Source: an archaeon GW2011_AR5 (GTDB lineage Archaea > Aenigmatarchaeota > Aenigmatarchaeia > GW2011-AR5). Taken from it: a stretch of 64,000 nucleotides of DNA. This document shows, in pieces, positions 1-8,489 of the stretch. Position 1 is the stretch's first letter, and each line of letters opens with the position of its first letter. Position numbers and translations under genes: made by a program. The stretch covers positions 25,784-89,783 of the forward strand of contig JWKQ01000001.1 of NCBI GenBank assembly GCA_000806115.1. Direction: 5' to 3'. The notes under the pieces are model-generated. The model was not told the origin of the DNA, did no database searches, and worked only from the letters and a program-made list of their open reading frames with translations.

Positions 1-34
1 AAAAGTTCCCTTTCCTTAGGGTTATTGATAACTT

Positions 35-553
35 ATGCCAGAAGTTCTTGACAAGGACACGATAAAGGCGATAAGCGCCGAGGCGAGACAGGAAATACTC
101 AAAATGCTCGCCAAGCGTCCATATACCGCGAGCGAGATAGCAAAGGCAACGGGCAAGCACGTAACCACCGTAACAGAGCATCTCAATGTCCTTGAGAAGT
201 CGAGCCTGGTGCGCAAGAAGGATTCCACCAACAAGTGGGTATATTATGAGCTCACCAGCAGGGGCGAGCATTTCTTCAAGCCGCAGTTCTACTCGTGGGT
301 AATCGTGTTCTCGCTGTCTGTCGTGTTCGTGTTCGTCGGAATGCTCAGGCTGTTCAGGTTTGAAAGCGAGACAAGAAATGCGATGGACATGGCTGCGAAT
401 GAACCTTCTCCTGCTTTCGGCGAAGCAGTCGCGCAGACAACTTCTCTGCCTGTTCCAATTGACTACATAGCTTACGCACTGATAGCGCTTGGAGCAATCG
501 GCATGATTTATCTGGCTTACAGAAAATACAGGATGCCGGCTACCTATAGGTAA
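35..553 (+). CDS. ArsR-type winged-helix regulator with C-terminal membrane anchor
   Basis: 172-aa ORF. YTASEIAKATGKHVTTVTEHLNVLEKSSLV fits the ArsR/SmtB HTH-wing pattern. The C-terminal half has two hydrophobic spans. Confidence 0.65.
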   Translation: MPEVLDKDTIKAISAEARQEILKMLAKRPYTASEIAKATGKHVTTVTEHLNVLEKSSLVRKKDSTNKWVYYELTSRGEHFFKPQFYSWVIVFSLSVVFVFVGMLRLFRFESETRNAMDMAANEPSPAFGEAVAQTTSLPVPIDYIAYALIALGAIGMIYLAYRKYRMPATYR

Positions 554-998
554 TGCGGATATGCCGGTAACCGTTCCCTAAAATAATGTCAGACAGCACC
601 CCGCTGACATAACCCGGATTTTCCCTGCAAAACCTTACGGCCGACCATTCTATCAAATCTTCTTCGCATGCATTCGAAGTCCCTGTCCAGGAATCTTCGT
701 ACAGTGCCCGCTTGTGCTTATTGAAAATACGCGATATCCTTTTCATATAGTAAATGTGTGCGACTTCATGCGCGAATGATTCATCCATTTTGTACTCGGG
801 ATGTGAAATATTCATCCATATCCAGTTAACCCCGCGCCCTAGATTTGTCATGCTGGCTCCGGGACTCTCAGAACCCCTCGAGGAGTAGAATTCTACCGAA
901 CTGATTTCGTACAAAAGAACCTTTTCAAAACTTTCCTTCTGCATTGGGTGGTCTTCAAAGAGCTTCTCCATCTCCCGAACAAATTCGGCTTCCCCCAT
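540..998 (-). CDS. hypothetical protein with HExxH zinc-peptidase motif
   Basis: The track ORF 540..1247 overlaps rps2, so the start was moved to the in-frame ATG at 998 (MGEAEF...). It contains HEVAH. No family recognised. Confidence 0.4.
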   Translation of the reverse strand: MGEAEFVREMEKLFEDHPMQKESFEKVLLYEISSVEFYSSRGSESPGASMTNLGRGVNWIWMNISHPEYKMDESFAHEVAHIYYMKRISRIFNKHKRALYEDSWTGTSNACEEDLIEWSAVRFCRENPGYVSGVLSDIILGNGYRHIRITYR

Positions 999-1129
999 AT
1001 TTGGCTTGGTTTTAAGCCAAGAAAAAGGCACTCCGAAAGAATTTTTTATAAAAAGGCCGGAGACCAAGGTAATACATAGGGGCAATCGTTTAGAACTCAC
1101 AAAAGAATGCAAGACTGATTCAAGAGGAA

Positions 1130-1717
1130 TTATTGATAGCCGAATTCTTCCGGCGTTGCTGTAAAGCCTTCGCCGCGCTTTTCCTTTATCAGCTTTGCAA
1201 GGAGCCACAAAATAAGAGCGACGGATTTCTTCCCCTTGTTGTTGCACGGCAAGACCAGGTCTATGTAAGCGGTGTCGTTGAACGTGTCCGCAAGCCCTAT
1301 AATCGGGATTCTCATCTGTATGGATTCCTTGATGGCCTGCCTGTCCGCCGCGGGGTCGACTATGATTGTAGCCTCAGGCTCGAAGAAGTCCTTGTAGGAA
1401 GGGTTCGTGAGCGAACCCGGCATGAACCTCCCGGTTATGTCCTTGGCGCCAATCACCTCGGCAAACTTCTTTGCCGGCTCCTGCCCGTTCTCCTTTCTTG
1501 AAACAATGAGTATTTTCTTCATCTGCGCAAGCGTATTTGCGGCGCACTCTATCCTCTTGTCTAGCATGCCGACGTTCAGCACAGCCAGACCATTGGGGCG
1601 GACTTTGTAGATAAACCTGTTCATGTCGGCTGTTTTCGACGTCATGCCTATATGGACGCCCGCCGAAAGGTACTTTTCCCTGGGAATTAACAGCTTGCCT
1701 TTTGCCATAAACATCAA
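1130..1717 (-). CDS. rps2: 30S ribosomal protein S2 (uS2)
   Basis: 195 aa. LIPREKYLSAGVHIGM and IIVDPAADRQAIKES..IPIIGLADT are typical of archaeal uS2. Confidence 0.93.
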   Translation of the reverse strand: MMFMAKGKLLIPREKYLSAGVHIGMTSKTADMNRFIYKVRPNGLAVLNVGMLDKRIECAANTLAQMKKILIVSRKENGQEPAKKFAEVIGAKDITGRFMPGSLTNPSYKDFFEPEATIIVDPAADRQAIKESIQMRIPIIGLADTFNDTAYIDLVLPCNNKGKKSVALILWLLAKLIKEKRGEGFTATPEEFGYQ

Positions 1718-1905
1718 CGCTTCTTAGGAAGAGAACGCCTGATTGTGATAGGAAGGATGTCCTTCTCGAACTCGGCGCGCGCCACGGCTTTCGGGTCGTG
1801 GACGTCTGCGGTCTTTATGAGTATCGGCGCGCCCATGGATATCTGGAGCGCTCTCGCAGATATTATTCTTGTCTTCTCGAAACGAGTCAAGCCTTCATAA
1901 AACAT
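1714..1905 (-). CDS. rpoK: DNA-directed RNA polymerase subunit K (Rpo6)
   Basis: LTRFEKTRIISARALQISMGAP core motif. Start set to the ATG at 1905. Overlaps the rps2 start by 4 nt. Confidence 0.85.
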   Translation of the reverse strand: MFYEGLTRFEKTRIISARALQISMGAPILIKTADVHDPKAVARAEFEKDILPITIRRSLPKKR

Positions 1906-1990
1906 TTTTACACCTATTTTAAAAATTCTTGACAAACCTTTGCCTAGAATCAAATTATTCATTTATGGGTAAAGCTTAAAAGGGTAGTTT

Positions 1991-2761
1991 TCACCCGATA
2001 TACTTGATGTCCTCGGGTTTGCCCTTGGAAATCTGCTGGAGCATCTTCTTGTGGATTTTGTCCGTTTTATCGATTCTTTCTTCCATCTCCTTGATGGTGT
2101 TCTCCAGCTTGGACATGTCAACCTTCACGCCGAGGACCTTGATGAGAACGTGCAGTACGCGGTCAGCCGCCTTCGGGTCCGTTATCAGCGGCAGCCCGAA
2201 GGTTTCGCCCATCAGACAGACTCCGTCTATGCCATGAACCTTCCCGAGTCCCAGAAGCAAGCCGGACGCGCCCACTATCGTGCCGATAGGGTGCTCCTTT
2301 CCGAAGTCGATGCCAAGCTTGTCATACTTCTTGAGCAGCTTCTTGTCGTTTACCGCGCCGATTATCCTCGGTTCGACGACTTCCTTGCCTTCCGCAAAGC
2401 CGCCCAGCGTTATCAACTCTTTTACGCCCATCTTGCCGACGAAATCCAGAATTTTCCCGCATATCTCGTAGTGACCCTCGGGCGTTATGCTCTGCGTGTC
2501 CCCGGTAAGCACTATTATGTCGCGCTTCTTGCCTTTATGATAATAAAACTCGCATTTCAGCATGCCTGCCACAGCATCGTTCTGGAGTATCACCAGGGGG
2601 AGGAAATGGGGAGAATAAAGCTCGGCGAATTTTTTCATCTTCAATTCATTCACAAGATAGCCGGCTGCGACCCGCCCGACATTGCCAATGCCCGGCAGGC
2701 CCTCAACAAGAAGCGGATTCTTCAATTTTACTTTCTCTAGAATTTTTATTGTCGTTTCCAT
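1991..2761 (-). CDS. PAC2-family proteasome assembly chaperone-like protein
   Basis: LVEGLPGIGNVGRVAAGYL N-terminal signature of PAC2/DUF75. The track start at 2782 is a TTG inside the repeat, so the ATG at 2761 (METTIKIL) is preferred. Confidence 0.75.
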   Translation of the reverse strand: METTIKILEKVKLKNPLLVEGLPGIGNVGRVAAGYLVNELKMKKFAELYSPHFLPLVILQNDAVAGMLKCEFYYHKGKKRDIIVLTGDTQSITPEGHYEICGKILDFVGKMGVKELITLGGFAEGKEVVEPRIIGAVNDKKLLKKYDKLGIDFGKEHPIGTIVGASGLLLGLGKVHGIDGVCLMGETFGLPLITDPKAADRVLHVLIKVLGVKVDMSKLENTIKEMEERIDKTDKIHKKMLQQISKGKPEDIKYIG

Positions 2762-2821
2762 ACCAATCCCTTTCTTTTCCAAAAGAAAGGTCTAGGTCTT
2801 ACCCAAAGAAAAGGGTTTGAC
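2762..2821 (-). repeat. leader-type two-hairpin element, copy A, abutting the PAC2 ATG
   Basis: Gene-sense read: GTCAAACCCTTTTCTTTGGGTAAGACCTAGACCTTTCTTTTGGAAAAGAAAGGGATTGGT-ATG. It aligns with copies at 16438, 16941, 35572 and 40600. Confidence 0.8.
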
Positions 2822-2842
2822 TCAACCTTTCGGTTTTCAATA

Positions 2843-2974
2843 TTATTTTTTCTTTGCCAGCCGCCTGTATTTTCCGTACTTGTCCTCTGACGAGAATTTC
2901 GGCGGATGGGCGCTTCGCGCATGCTCGCAGCACCCTTTTGTCGTGTAGCCGTGAACCGGGCATTTTTTCAGCAT
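2843..2974 (-). CDS. nop10: H/ACA RNP component Nop10
   Basis: Hand translation gives MLKKCPVHGYTTKGCCEHARSAHPPKFSSEDKYGKYRRLAKKK (43 aa, below the track cut-off). It has the SAHPxxFSxEDKYxxYRR Nop10 signature and lies 5 nt downstream of aIF2-alpha, the usual archaeal order. Confidence 0.85.
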   Translation of the reverse strand: MLKKCPVHGYTTKGCCEHARSAHPPKFSSEDKYGKYRRLAKKK

Positions 2975-2979
2975 CACTA

Positions 2980-3732
2980 TTATCTCTCGATTGTTTCGAA
3001 GGAAGCTTCTACGTCCTTCGATTTCAGCTTCTCAAGCTTCTCGACGAATTCCCTTTCTCCCTTCTTTGCATTCATCGACTTGTACTTCACCAGGTATTCA
3101 GGCGCCGCGATGTATTTCACTTCCAGCCCGTCTTCCTCTGCAGCTGATAATATCTTCTTGATTATATTTATACCGTTCGGCTTATAGGTTTTGACGAATA
3201 ACCTCGCCTTGAACTCGAACTCTTTCTGAACTATCGTGCGTTCGGCGACTATCTTCATCTGTTCTATCCACTTTTCAGGCACGCCGCGCTCCTTCAGAAG
3301 CTGGGGGTTGACTAGTGCCGCCTTGAAGCCCTCGTACAGCGAGCCGAAGCTGTCCTGGAGATCGAACCCCACTTCCTCGTAAGCCTTCTCCAGCGTTTTC
3401 TTCATTGCCTGGGCAGTCATCTGCAGCATCTTCTCGGCGCGCTGGTTGAGGCGGTATTCCTTTGTCTTGTTGTTTTCCTGGTTTCGGTCAACGCGCTTCA
3501 GAGAAAGAGAAATATGATTGTCTTCAATGCGCATTACCTTGGCGACGCCTGTCTGCCCGACTTTGACGAAGTTCCTGATGTCCTTCACCCAGCCGCTGGA
3601 AACCTCGGAAATGTGTATCATGCCCTCGGTGCCGTACTCTTCAAGATACGCGAAAGCCGAATGGGGATTTATCTTGCTTATCTTGACAATTACAAGCTCG
3701 CCGGGCTGCGGAAGGCCGCGTCTTTTTACCAT
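2980..3732 (-). CDS. eif2a: translation initiation factor aIF2 alpha subunit
   Basis: 250 aa. S1-domain N-terminus LPQPGELVIVKISKINPHSAFAYLEEY..GMIHISEVSSGWVKDIRNFVKVGQ. Confidence 0.93.
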   Translation of the reverse strand: MVKRRGLPQPGELVIVKISKINPHSAFAYLEEYGTEGMIHISEVSSGWVKDIRNFVKVGQTGVAKVMRIEDNHISLSLKRVDRNQENNKTKEYRLNQRAEKMLQMTAQAMKKTLEKAYEEVGFDLQDSFGSLYEGFKAALVNPQLLKERGVPEKWIEQMKIVAERTIVQKEFEFKARLFVKTYKPNGINIIKKILSAAEEDGLEVKYIAAPEYLVKYKSMNAKKGEREFVEKLEKLKSKDVEASFETIER

Positions 3733-3859
3733 AACAGAAGATTAGTGAGAGAAAGGTTAAAAGGATGAACAATGGAGGACTCTGGATAATATATATTTTG
3801 TTCAAAGTCCTTATTGTGAACTTTGATAATTAAAGGTTAATAAAAGTTCTCAATATTCT

Positions 3860-4144
3860 ATGAACATGGTTTATCTTGTGAAGGTGGACGACGAGGTATT
3901 CGCAATACCCGGCGGATTTGTTGACGTAGCATTGGACAGATACGCCGGAAGAACTATAAATTATGCCGAATTGAAAGAGGCTTTGAAAAGGGAAAGAATA
4001 GACGGAGGAGACGCCCCTCAAATGGGCGGTTTTGGCGATTTGGGTTATTTAGATTTTGATACAATGGAAGAACGTGCGTTAAGGGAACCTTTGCCGATAG
4101 GACGGCATCGCACTCTTTATCATAGGACGCGCGAACGCCAGTGA
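3860..4144 (+). CDS. hypothetical protein
   Basis: 94-aa ORF with no motif. Its last codons and stop lie inside repeat copy B, so the 3' end may be fortuitous. Confidence 0.3.
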   Translation: MNMVYLVKVDDEVFAIPGGFVDVALDRYAGRTINYAELKEALKRERIDGGDAPQMGGFGDLGYLDFDTMEERALREPLPIGRHRTLYHRTRERQ

Positions 4145-4206
4145 GCCTACAGTAATAGGTTTTCTTTTTTCCAAGGGTTTTTCTTTTTTCAAAAGAAAAA
4201 GGCTTA
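4131..4206 (-). repeat. stop-codon-type element, copy B, on the rps27e stop
   Basis: Minus-strand read: TAAGCCTTTTTCTTTTGAAAAAAGAAAAACCCTTGG..CCTATTACTGTA-GGCTCACTGGCGTTCGC. The 17-nt core is exact. Confidence 0.8.
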
Positions 4207-4380
4207 ATCCATGACTTCTTCGACTTTCGTCTGGACGTCCGCAAGCCCGCCCGTCGGCTGCGCCAGAACGGATTCACAAACGAGGCACTTAACCACCGTG
4301 GCTGCCTTGCTGAACACTATCTGCTCGTTGCGGCATTTCTTGCACTTGACTTTCAAAAATCTGCTTTTTGGAGATTCCAT
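4204..4380 (-). CDS. rps27e: 30S ribosomal protein S27e (eS27)
   Basis: MESPKSRFLKVKCKKCRNEQIVFSKAATVVKCLVCESVLAQPTGG, a C4 zinc-ribbon typical of eS27. Confidence 0.9.
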   Translation of the reverse strand: MESPKSRFLKVKCKKCRNEQIVFSKAATVVKCLVCESVLAQPTGGLADVQTKVEEVMD

Positions 4381-4439
4381 AATTATCAAACCTATTGTCT
4401 AGACAAAAGCATTAAAAGGCTCTATTCATATCTTTTTTC

Positions 4440-4730
4440 ATGGGCAAGATTCCTATTGACTCAAGGACACTGGAAGCGTTCAGACCGGTGTATAAGCTTA
4501 GATGGGGCGGAGACTTCCCGGTTACAGGCTTGCTTGGAGATGACAATTTTAGAGAGGCTTATGGGTCACTTGCTTTGATGGAGCTCATGGTTGCGAATCC
4601 AGGTCATCAGATTGACGGCAGACCAGGTCCCCACTATACGAATGGCCAGCTTTTCGGCGATGCTGCTTATCGTTTTGTAAAAGCGGTCGCAGAATGGGAT
4701 AAAGCACATCCGACCGACAGGGCTGCCTGA
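4440..4730 (+). CDS. hypothetical protein
   Basis: 96-aa ORF in an otherwise empty interval. No motif recognised. Confidence 0.35.
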   Translation: MGKIPIDSRTLEAFRPVYKLRWGGDFPVTGLLGDDNFREAYGSLALMELMVANPGHQIDGRPGPHYTNGQLFGDAAYRFVKAVAEWDKAHPTDRAA

Positions 4731-4782
4731 AGTTAGGACTTCTAAAGTGTTTTTTAATACTTTTCTTCGCTAATCTGGTTAG

Positions 4783-5112
4783 GTGAAAAATATGAAGTCT
4801 GATGAAGAGATGAAGACTGAGGATATCCTTGAAATCGTCGAGATTGCAAGAGAAACAGGCAAGATAAGAAAGGGCATAAACGAAGCGACGAAAGCTGCAG
4901 AAAGGGGCATAGCAAAGGTAATCGTCGTTGCTGAAGACGTGGACCCTCCTGAAATTGCGATGCATCTCGGCCCGCTCTGCGAAGAGAAGAAATGCAAACT
5001 GTTCAAGGTGGCAAGCAAGAACGAGCTTGGACGGGCTGCAGGACTTGACGTCTCGACCGCGGCCGTGGCGATAACGGACCTGGGCGACGCCAAGAAGAAC
5101 TTCAAGGAGTAG
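4783..5112 (+). CDS. rpl7ae: 50S ribosomal protein L7Ae (eL8), K-turn binding
   Basis: [38 protein letters not shown] matches the L7Ae/L30e family. Confidence 0.92.
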   Translation: MKNMKSDEEMKTEDILEIVEIARETGKIRKGINEATKAAERGIAKVIVVAEDVDPPEIAMHLGPLCEEKKCKLFKVASKNELGRAAGLDVSTAAVAITDLGDAKKNFKE

Positions 5113-5133
5113 CTAACTTTTTTCAATTGGGGT

Positions 5134-5349
5134 ATGATTATGCCGGACGACGCAACACCAGCCGAGATAATAACCGTCTTTGGACGCGCGGGCACAAAGG
5201 GCGTTACGAGCGTGAAGTGCAGGGTGATAGACGGCCGCGACAAGGGCAAAATTCTTACAAGAAACGTCATGGGTCCCGTGAGAATGGGCGACGTGATCAT
5301 GCTGCGCGAAACCGAGATGGAATCAAGCGGCAGCTATGGAAGGCGCTAA
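5134..5349 (+). CDS. rps28e: 30S ribosomal protein S28e (eS28)
   Basis: AEIITVFGRAGTKGVTSVKCRVIDGRDKGKILTRNVMGPVRMGDVIMLRETE matches eS28. Confidence 0.92.
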   Translation: MIMPDDATPAEIITVFGRAGTKGVTSVKCRVIDGRDKGKILTRNVMGPVRMGDVIMLRETEMESSGSYGRR

Positions 5350-5351
5350 AA

Positions 5352-5519
5352 ATGAAATGTTCATTCTGTTCGACAAACATAGAGAAAGGCACGGGCAAGA
5401 TGTTCATACACAGCGGCGGGAAGATTTTCTACTACTGCTCGAACAAGTGCGAGAAGAACCAGCAGAAGCTCGGCAGAGATCCAAGGAATTTCAAGTGGGC
5501 AAAACCCGAAGGACGCTAA
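5352..5519 (+). CDS. rpl24e: 50S ribosomal protein L24e (eL24)
   Basis: Internal ATG of the track ORF 5127..5519. MKCSFCSTNIEKGTGKMFIHSGGKIFYYCSNKCEKN matches the eL24 zinc-ribbon. Standard L7Ae-S28e-L24e order. Confidence 0.9.
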   Translation: MKCSFCSTNIEKGTGKMFIHSGGKIFYYCSNKCEKNQQKLGRDPRNFKWAKPEGR

Positions 5520-5603
5520 CAGACGGACGCGAACAGGTGACGCCAAAGGCGTCATACGACATCGCGTCATACACTTTCGTCGTGTACCTCGAAAAGAAAT
5601 AAG

Positions 5604-5677
5604 TGAGACCTTTCTTTTAGAAAAAGAAAGTCCTCAAGCCTAAAGAAAAATATTAATGGTGACTCTCTGGCATTCGC
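5604..5677 (+). repeat. stop-codon-type element, copy C (degenerate)
   Basis: TGAGACCTTTCTTTTAGAAAAAGAAAGTCCTCAAGCCTAAAGAAAAATATTAATGGTGACTCTCTGGCATTCGC. Same architecture as copies G and H, but the core is diverged. Confidence 0.6.
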
Positions 5678-5726
5678 TGAAAAGAAACGTGCTATTTATT
5701 CTGTCTCATGATGTCCGCTGAGAAAA

Positions 5727-7682
5727 TTATTTCGGGCCGAAGATAAACGGCTGCGGCTTCTCTTTTTCCTTCCTGATTTTCTTCGGATTTTCCGGTTTAA
5801 TCCCTCTCGGCTTTTTTCTCAGAACCTTAATCGCAACGCCGGCTGCCACTAAGACCGCCCCCAATATCGCAATTATGACAGGATTTGACGCGATTATATC
5901 CGACGCGCTTCCCCCGCCCGAGCCGAAAATATCGAATACAGAATTCCCGTTACCGCCGCCATTTCCGGGAATATCTTCGTCTCTGCATGTGCCGCAGTCC
6001 GCCGCACAGTTTGAACACGTTTCACTCAGGCTGCAAACATTATTGCCGCAGTCAGCCGGAGTGAAGTTTCCGGAACTGCCCGAGCCGTTCGCGCTTCCAT
6101 TTCTGCCATCGTTTTCCGAGTACCATAATCCCGGAGCATTTGAATTTCCGCTGCTGCTTCCACTATCTGAATTTACGGAGCCGCTTTTGCTCACTGTTAT
6201 TGTTTTTGAGGCTGAGCCCGAATTGCCTGCTGCATCGGTGGCTGTGACGCTAAGGCTGTACTCCCCGTTGCTAAGCCCCGAAGGATCATAATTCGCCTCG
6301 CACAGGATGCTGTTGCTGCTTGCGACTACGCACGACATTGTTGTGCCGCTTCCTGAAACCGTGTAACTGACACGCGTCCTGTCGTAGTTTGTGTCGTTCA
6401 CCGTGGCGCTGATTGTGAACGTGCTGCTTACAGCGGAATTAGGCCCTGTTATTGCCACTACCGGATCCGTGTTGTCTGCCGTGACGGCGACTGTGTCGGT
6501 GGCGGGCTGGTCCAGTATATTGCTTGCGTTCGCCGTGAGCGTGTAAGCCCCGTCACCTGCCGTTACAGTGTTGAACGAGTAGCTGCAGCTTGTAAACTGC
6601 GAGTTGCAGCTCATTGTTACGTTATTGCCGTATCCCGACCTCTCTATCCTGAGGTGCACGCCATTGATTATGCTGCCGGGGTTGGAGAGCGACGCGCTTA
6701 TGCTCGCAGTGCCCGTCACGTAACCTTCCGGGCTGAGCGTCACAGACGGCATGTTGTTGTTTATCGTAAGCGAGAAATTTGTCGAGTTCACGTTTCCTGC
6801 CGTATCATTAACGCTGAATGTGACGTTGTAAGCGTTGTCCGGAAAAAGAGCCGTGTTGACAGTGACGTTGCATGTTGCGTTTCTCGTGCCGGTGCAGGTC
6901 ATCGTACTTTCCGACCCTGATATGCTTAGCTTCCCCCTGTCGGCGCCAGAGAACGAGTCGAGCGCGTTAATAACAAATGAAACTGTGCCTCTCACAGTGG
7001 CGCCCGCCGAGTGGGAAGTTACGGAAATTCTCGGCTTTTCGTTGTCCACAGTTGCGTTGATGGCTGACGTGCCGGTGTTGTTGAGGATATCGGACGCACG
7101 AACATATATAGTTAGCGTCTGGTTGTTTGAATATGCAGACGAGTTGAAATATCCGGTGCCGGAAGGCATGCTGCTCCATGTTGAATTGTCAAGGGAGAGC
7201 CTGTACGCGTCGGCGTTTACCCCCGAGACTGCGTCTGTCGAACTTGCCCGCACAGTGACGTTGCCGGAAACGTACGAGCCGTTCAACGGAGCAAGGAATG
7301 TTATCACTGGTGGACTCCTGTCCAGTCTGAACTGGAAGAATCCCGGATTGCCCAGCCTGTTTACGCCTGAACTGTCGTTAGCCTCGAAATAGAAGAATTC
7401 AATGGTGTCCGCGCCTGCTATAGCAAAGGATACTGTTTTGGTGCAGTTGTAAGGATTTCCTGAACATTGCATTGTATATGTGTCCCAGGGTTCGCCGTTG
7501 ATGTATGCGTCTTCGGAGATGAGATAAAGCCTGGCATAATCAAGCGACGACGAGGTTACATTGACGTAGAAACTGACGTTGCCGCGGCCGAAATAACTGT
7601 TGTTCGCAGGGAGATAATTTGAGAGGGAAGCGGCCTGAACGCCCGGCAAAAGCATCAACACGACAAGAAGAAGCCATCGCAT
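5727..7682 (-). CDS. large secreted, membrane-anchored surface protein (probable glycoprotein)
   Basis: 651 aa. Signal peptide MRWLLLVVLMLLPGVQAAS, dozens of N-x-S/T sequons, a repetitive beta-rich body, the Cys-rich motif CGNNVCSLSETCSNCAADCGTC, a Gly/Asn/Ser linker, one C-terminal TM and a Lys/Arg tail. Confidence 0.75.
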   Translation of the reverse strand: MRWLLLVVLMLLPGVQAASLSNYLPANNSYFGRGNVSFYVNVTSSSLDYARLYLISEDAYINGEPWDTYTMQCSGNPYNCTKTVSFAIAGADTIEFFYFEANDSSGVNRLGNPGFFQFRLDRSPPVITFLAPLNGSYVSGNVTVRASSTDAVSGVNADAYRLSLDNSTWSSMPSGTGYFNSSAYSNNQTLTIYVRASDILNNTGTSAINATVDNEKPRISVTSHSAGATVRGTVSFVINALDSFSGADRGKLSISGSESTMTCTGTRNATCNVTVNTALFPDNAYNVTFSVNDTAGNVNSTNFSLTINNNMPSVTLSPEGYVTGTASISASLSNPGSIINGVHLRIERSGYGNNVTMSCNSQFTSCSYSFNTVTAGDGAYTLTANASNILDQPATDTVAVTADNTDPVVAITGPNSAVSSTFTISATVNDTNYDRTRVSYTVSGSGTTMSCVVASSNSILCEANYDPSGLSNGEYSLSVTATDAAGNSGSASKTITVSKSGSVNSDSGSSSGNSNAPGLWYSENDGRNGSANGSGSSGNFTPADCGNNVCSLSETCSNCAADCGTCRDEDIPGNGGGNGNSVFDIFGSGGGSASDIIASNPVIIAILGAVLVAAGVAIKVLRKKPRGIKPENPKKIRKEKEKPQPFIFGPK

Positions 7683-8137
7683 CAGTTGTTCACCTTCTCA
7701 AGCAGCCTGAGTATGTCCTTCTTTGTAACTATCCCGACAAGCTGGCTTGATTTCACGACAGGCAGTCTGTCTATGCCGTGCTTGTTCATCAACCTCGCAG
7801 CCTCGTAGACGTCACGTTCGACGTCCACCGAAATAACCTTCCTGTTCATGATGTCGCTTACCCGCGCTTTGAACAGCTTTCTGAGGCGGGCGGGGTCGCT
7901 GCCCTTCGATTTCAGGATGGATATCAGCAGCGAGGATATATCGCTTCTGTTAATCTTCCCGTATATGTCAATGGCACGGACTGCGTCCGTCTGGGTCACA
8001 ATACCAATCAGTTTTCCGTCCTTCACCACCGGACAGCCGCTGATGTTCCTGCCGGTCATGAGGCGCACGGCTTTGCCGAACGTGTCGTCCGGCTTCACAG
8101 TTACCGGGCGCTTTGTCATGATATCCTTAATTCTCAT
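7682..8137 (-). CDS. tandem CBS-domain protein
   Basis: 151 aa. Two CBS repeats (ISGCPVVKDGKLIGIVTQTD and IDRLPVVKSSQLVGIVTKKD). Confidence 0.85.
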   Translation of the reverse strand: MRIKDIMTKRPVTVKPDDTFGKAVRLMTGRNISGCPVVKDGKLIGIVTQTDAVRAIDIYGKINRSDISSLLISILKSKGSDPARLRKLFKARVSDIMNRKVISVDVERDVYEAARLMNKHGIDRLPVVKSSQLVGIVTKKDILRLLEKVNN

Positions 8138-8190
8138 GGTTGCTAATTGTCGGGGGCGGAATAAAAAGTTTCCAGACTCGGATGTATATA

Positions 8191-8346
8191 GTTCTCCAAG
8201 GAAATAAGCAATATATAATTACTTCCTTGGGAACTACAAGGTGAAGCAAAGCTTCACCTGTACAGGAGAATCAAAGATTCTCCTTGTATCTGTGAACCCA
8301 GAATTCATGTCCTGTTTCTTTTCCGGGTTCACTATAAGATATAAAA
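8191..8346 (+). repeat. four-hairpin module 1 ending in a strong TATA-like box
   Basis: Stems at 8191-8203/8223-8234, 8239-8247/8251-8259, 8262-8272/8276-8287 and 8292-8299/8325-8332, followed by TATAAGATATAAAAG. Confidence 0.7.
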
Positions 8347-8489
8347 GCCTTTAGTTTCAAGCTATAGCTGTTGAAGGCTAGGGGAATGGACAGATTAGCG
8401 CTTCGCGCGACATGTCCGCTTATTGCTCCGATGAACCTTTCGTGTGAGCTTCTCTTTTACAGAGATGCTCAATGCCACGCTCCTAATAT

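Noticed and set aside
2051-2740. 229-aa ORF antisense to the PAC2-family gene, and similar long antisense ORFs (for example 10162..10995, 4779..5300, 41953..42567, 49676..50245, 36753..37220, 26303..27046, 33852..34385)
   Set aside because: Each lies opposite a gene with clear family signatures. Their products are low-complexity (Ser/Leu/Arg/Pro-rich) and carry no motifs. This is typical of shadow ORFs in sequence that looks to be about 50 percent GC.
4390-4780. Expected rpl44e upstream of rps27e
   Set aside because: In many archaea L44e precedes S27e. Neither strand here encodes the L44e C4 zinc-ribbon pattern. The interval holds only an unassigned 96-aa plus-strand ORF, so no call was made.
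5604-5640. RNase P RNA CR-I-like string (AAAGAAAGTCC) in repeat copy C
   Set aside because: The only resemblance is GAAAGTCC. None of the other conserved RNase P RNA regions follow, and the string is simply one arm of the repeat hairpin.
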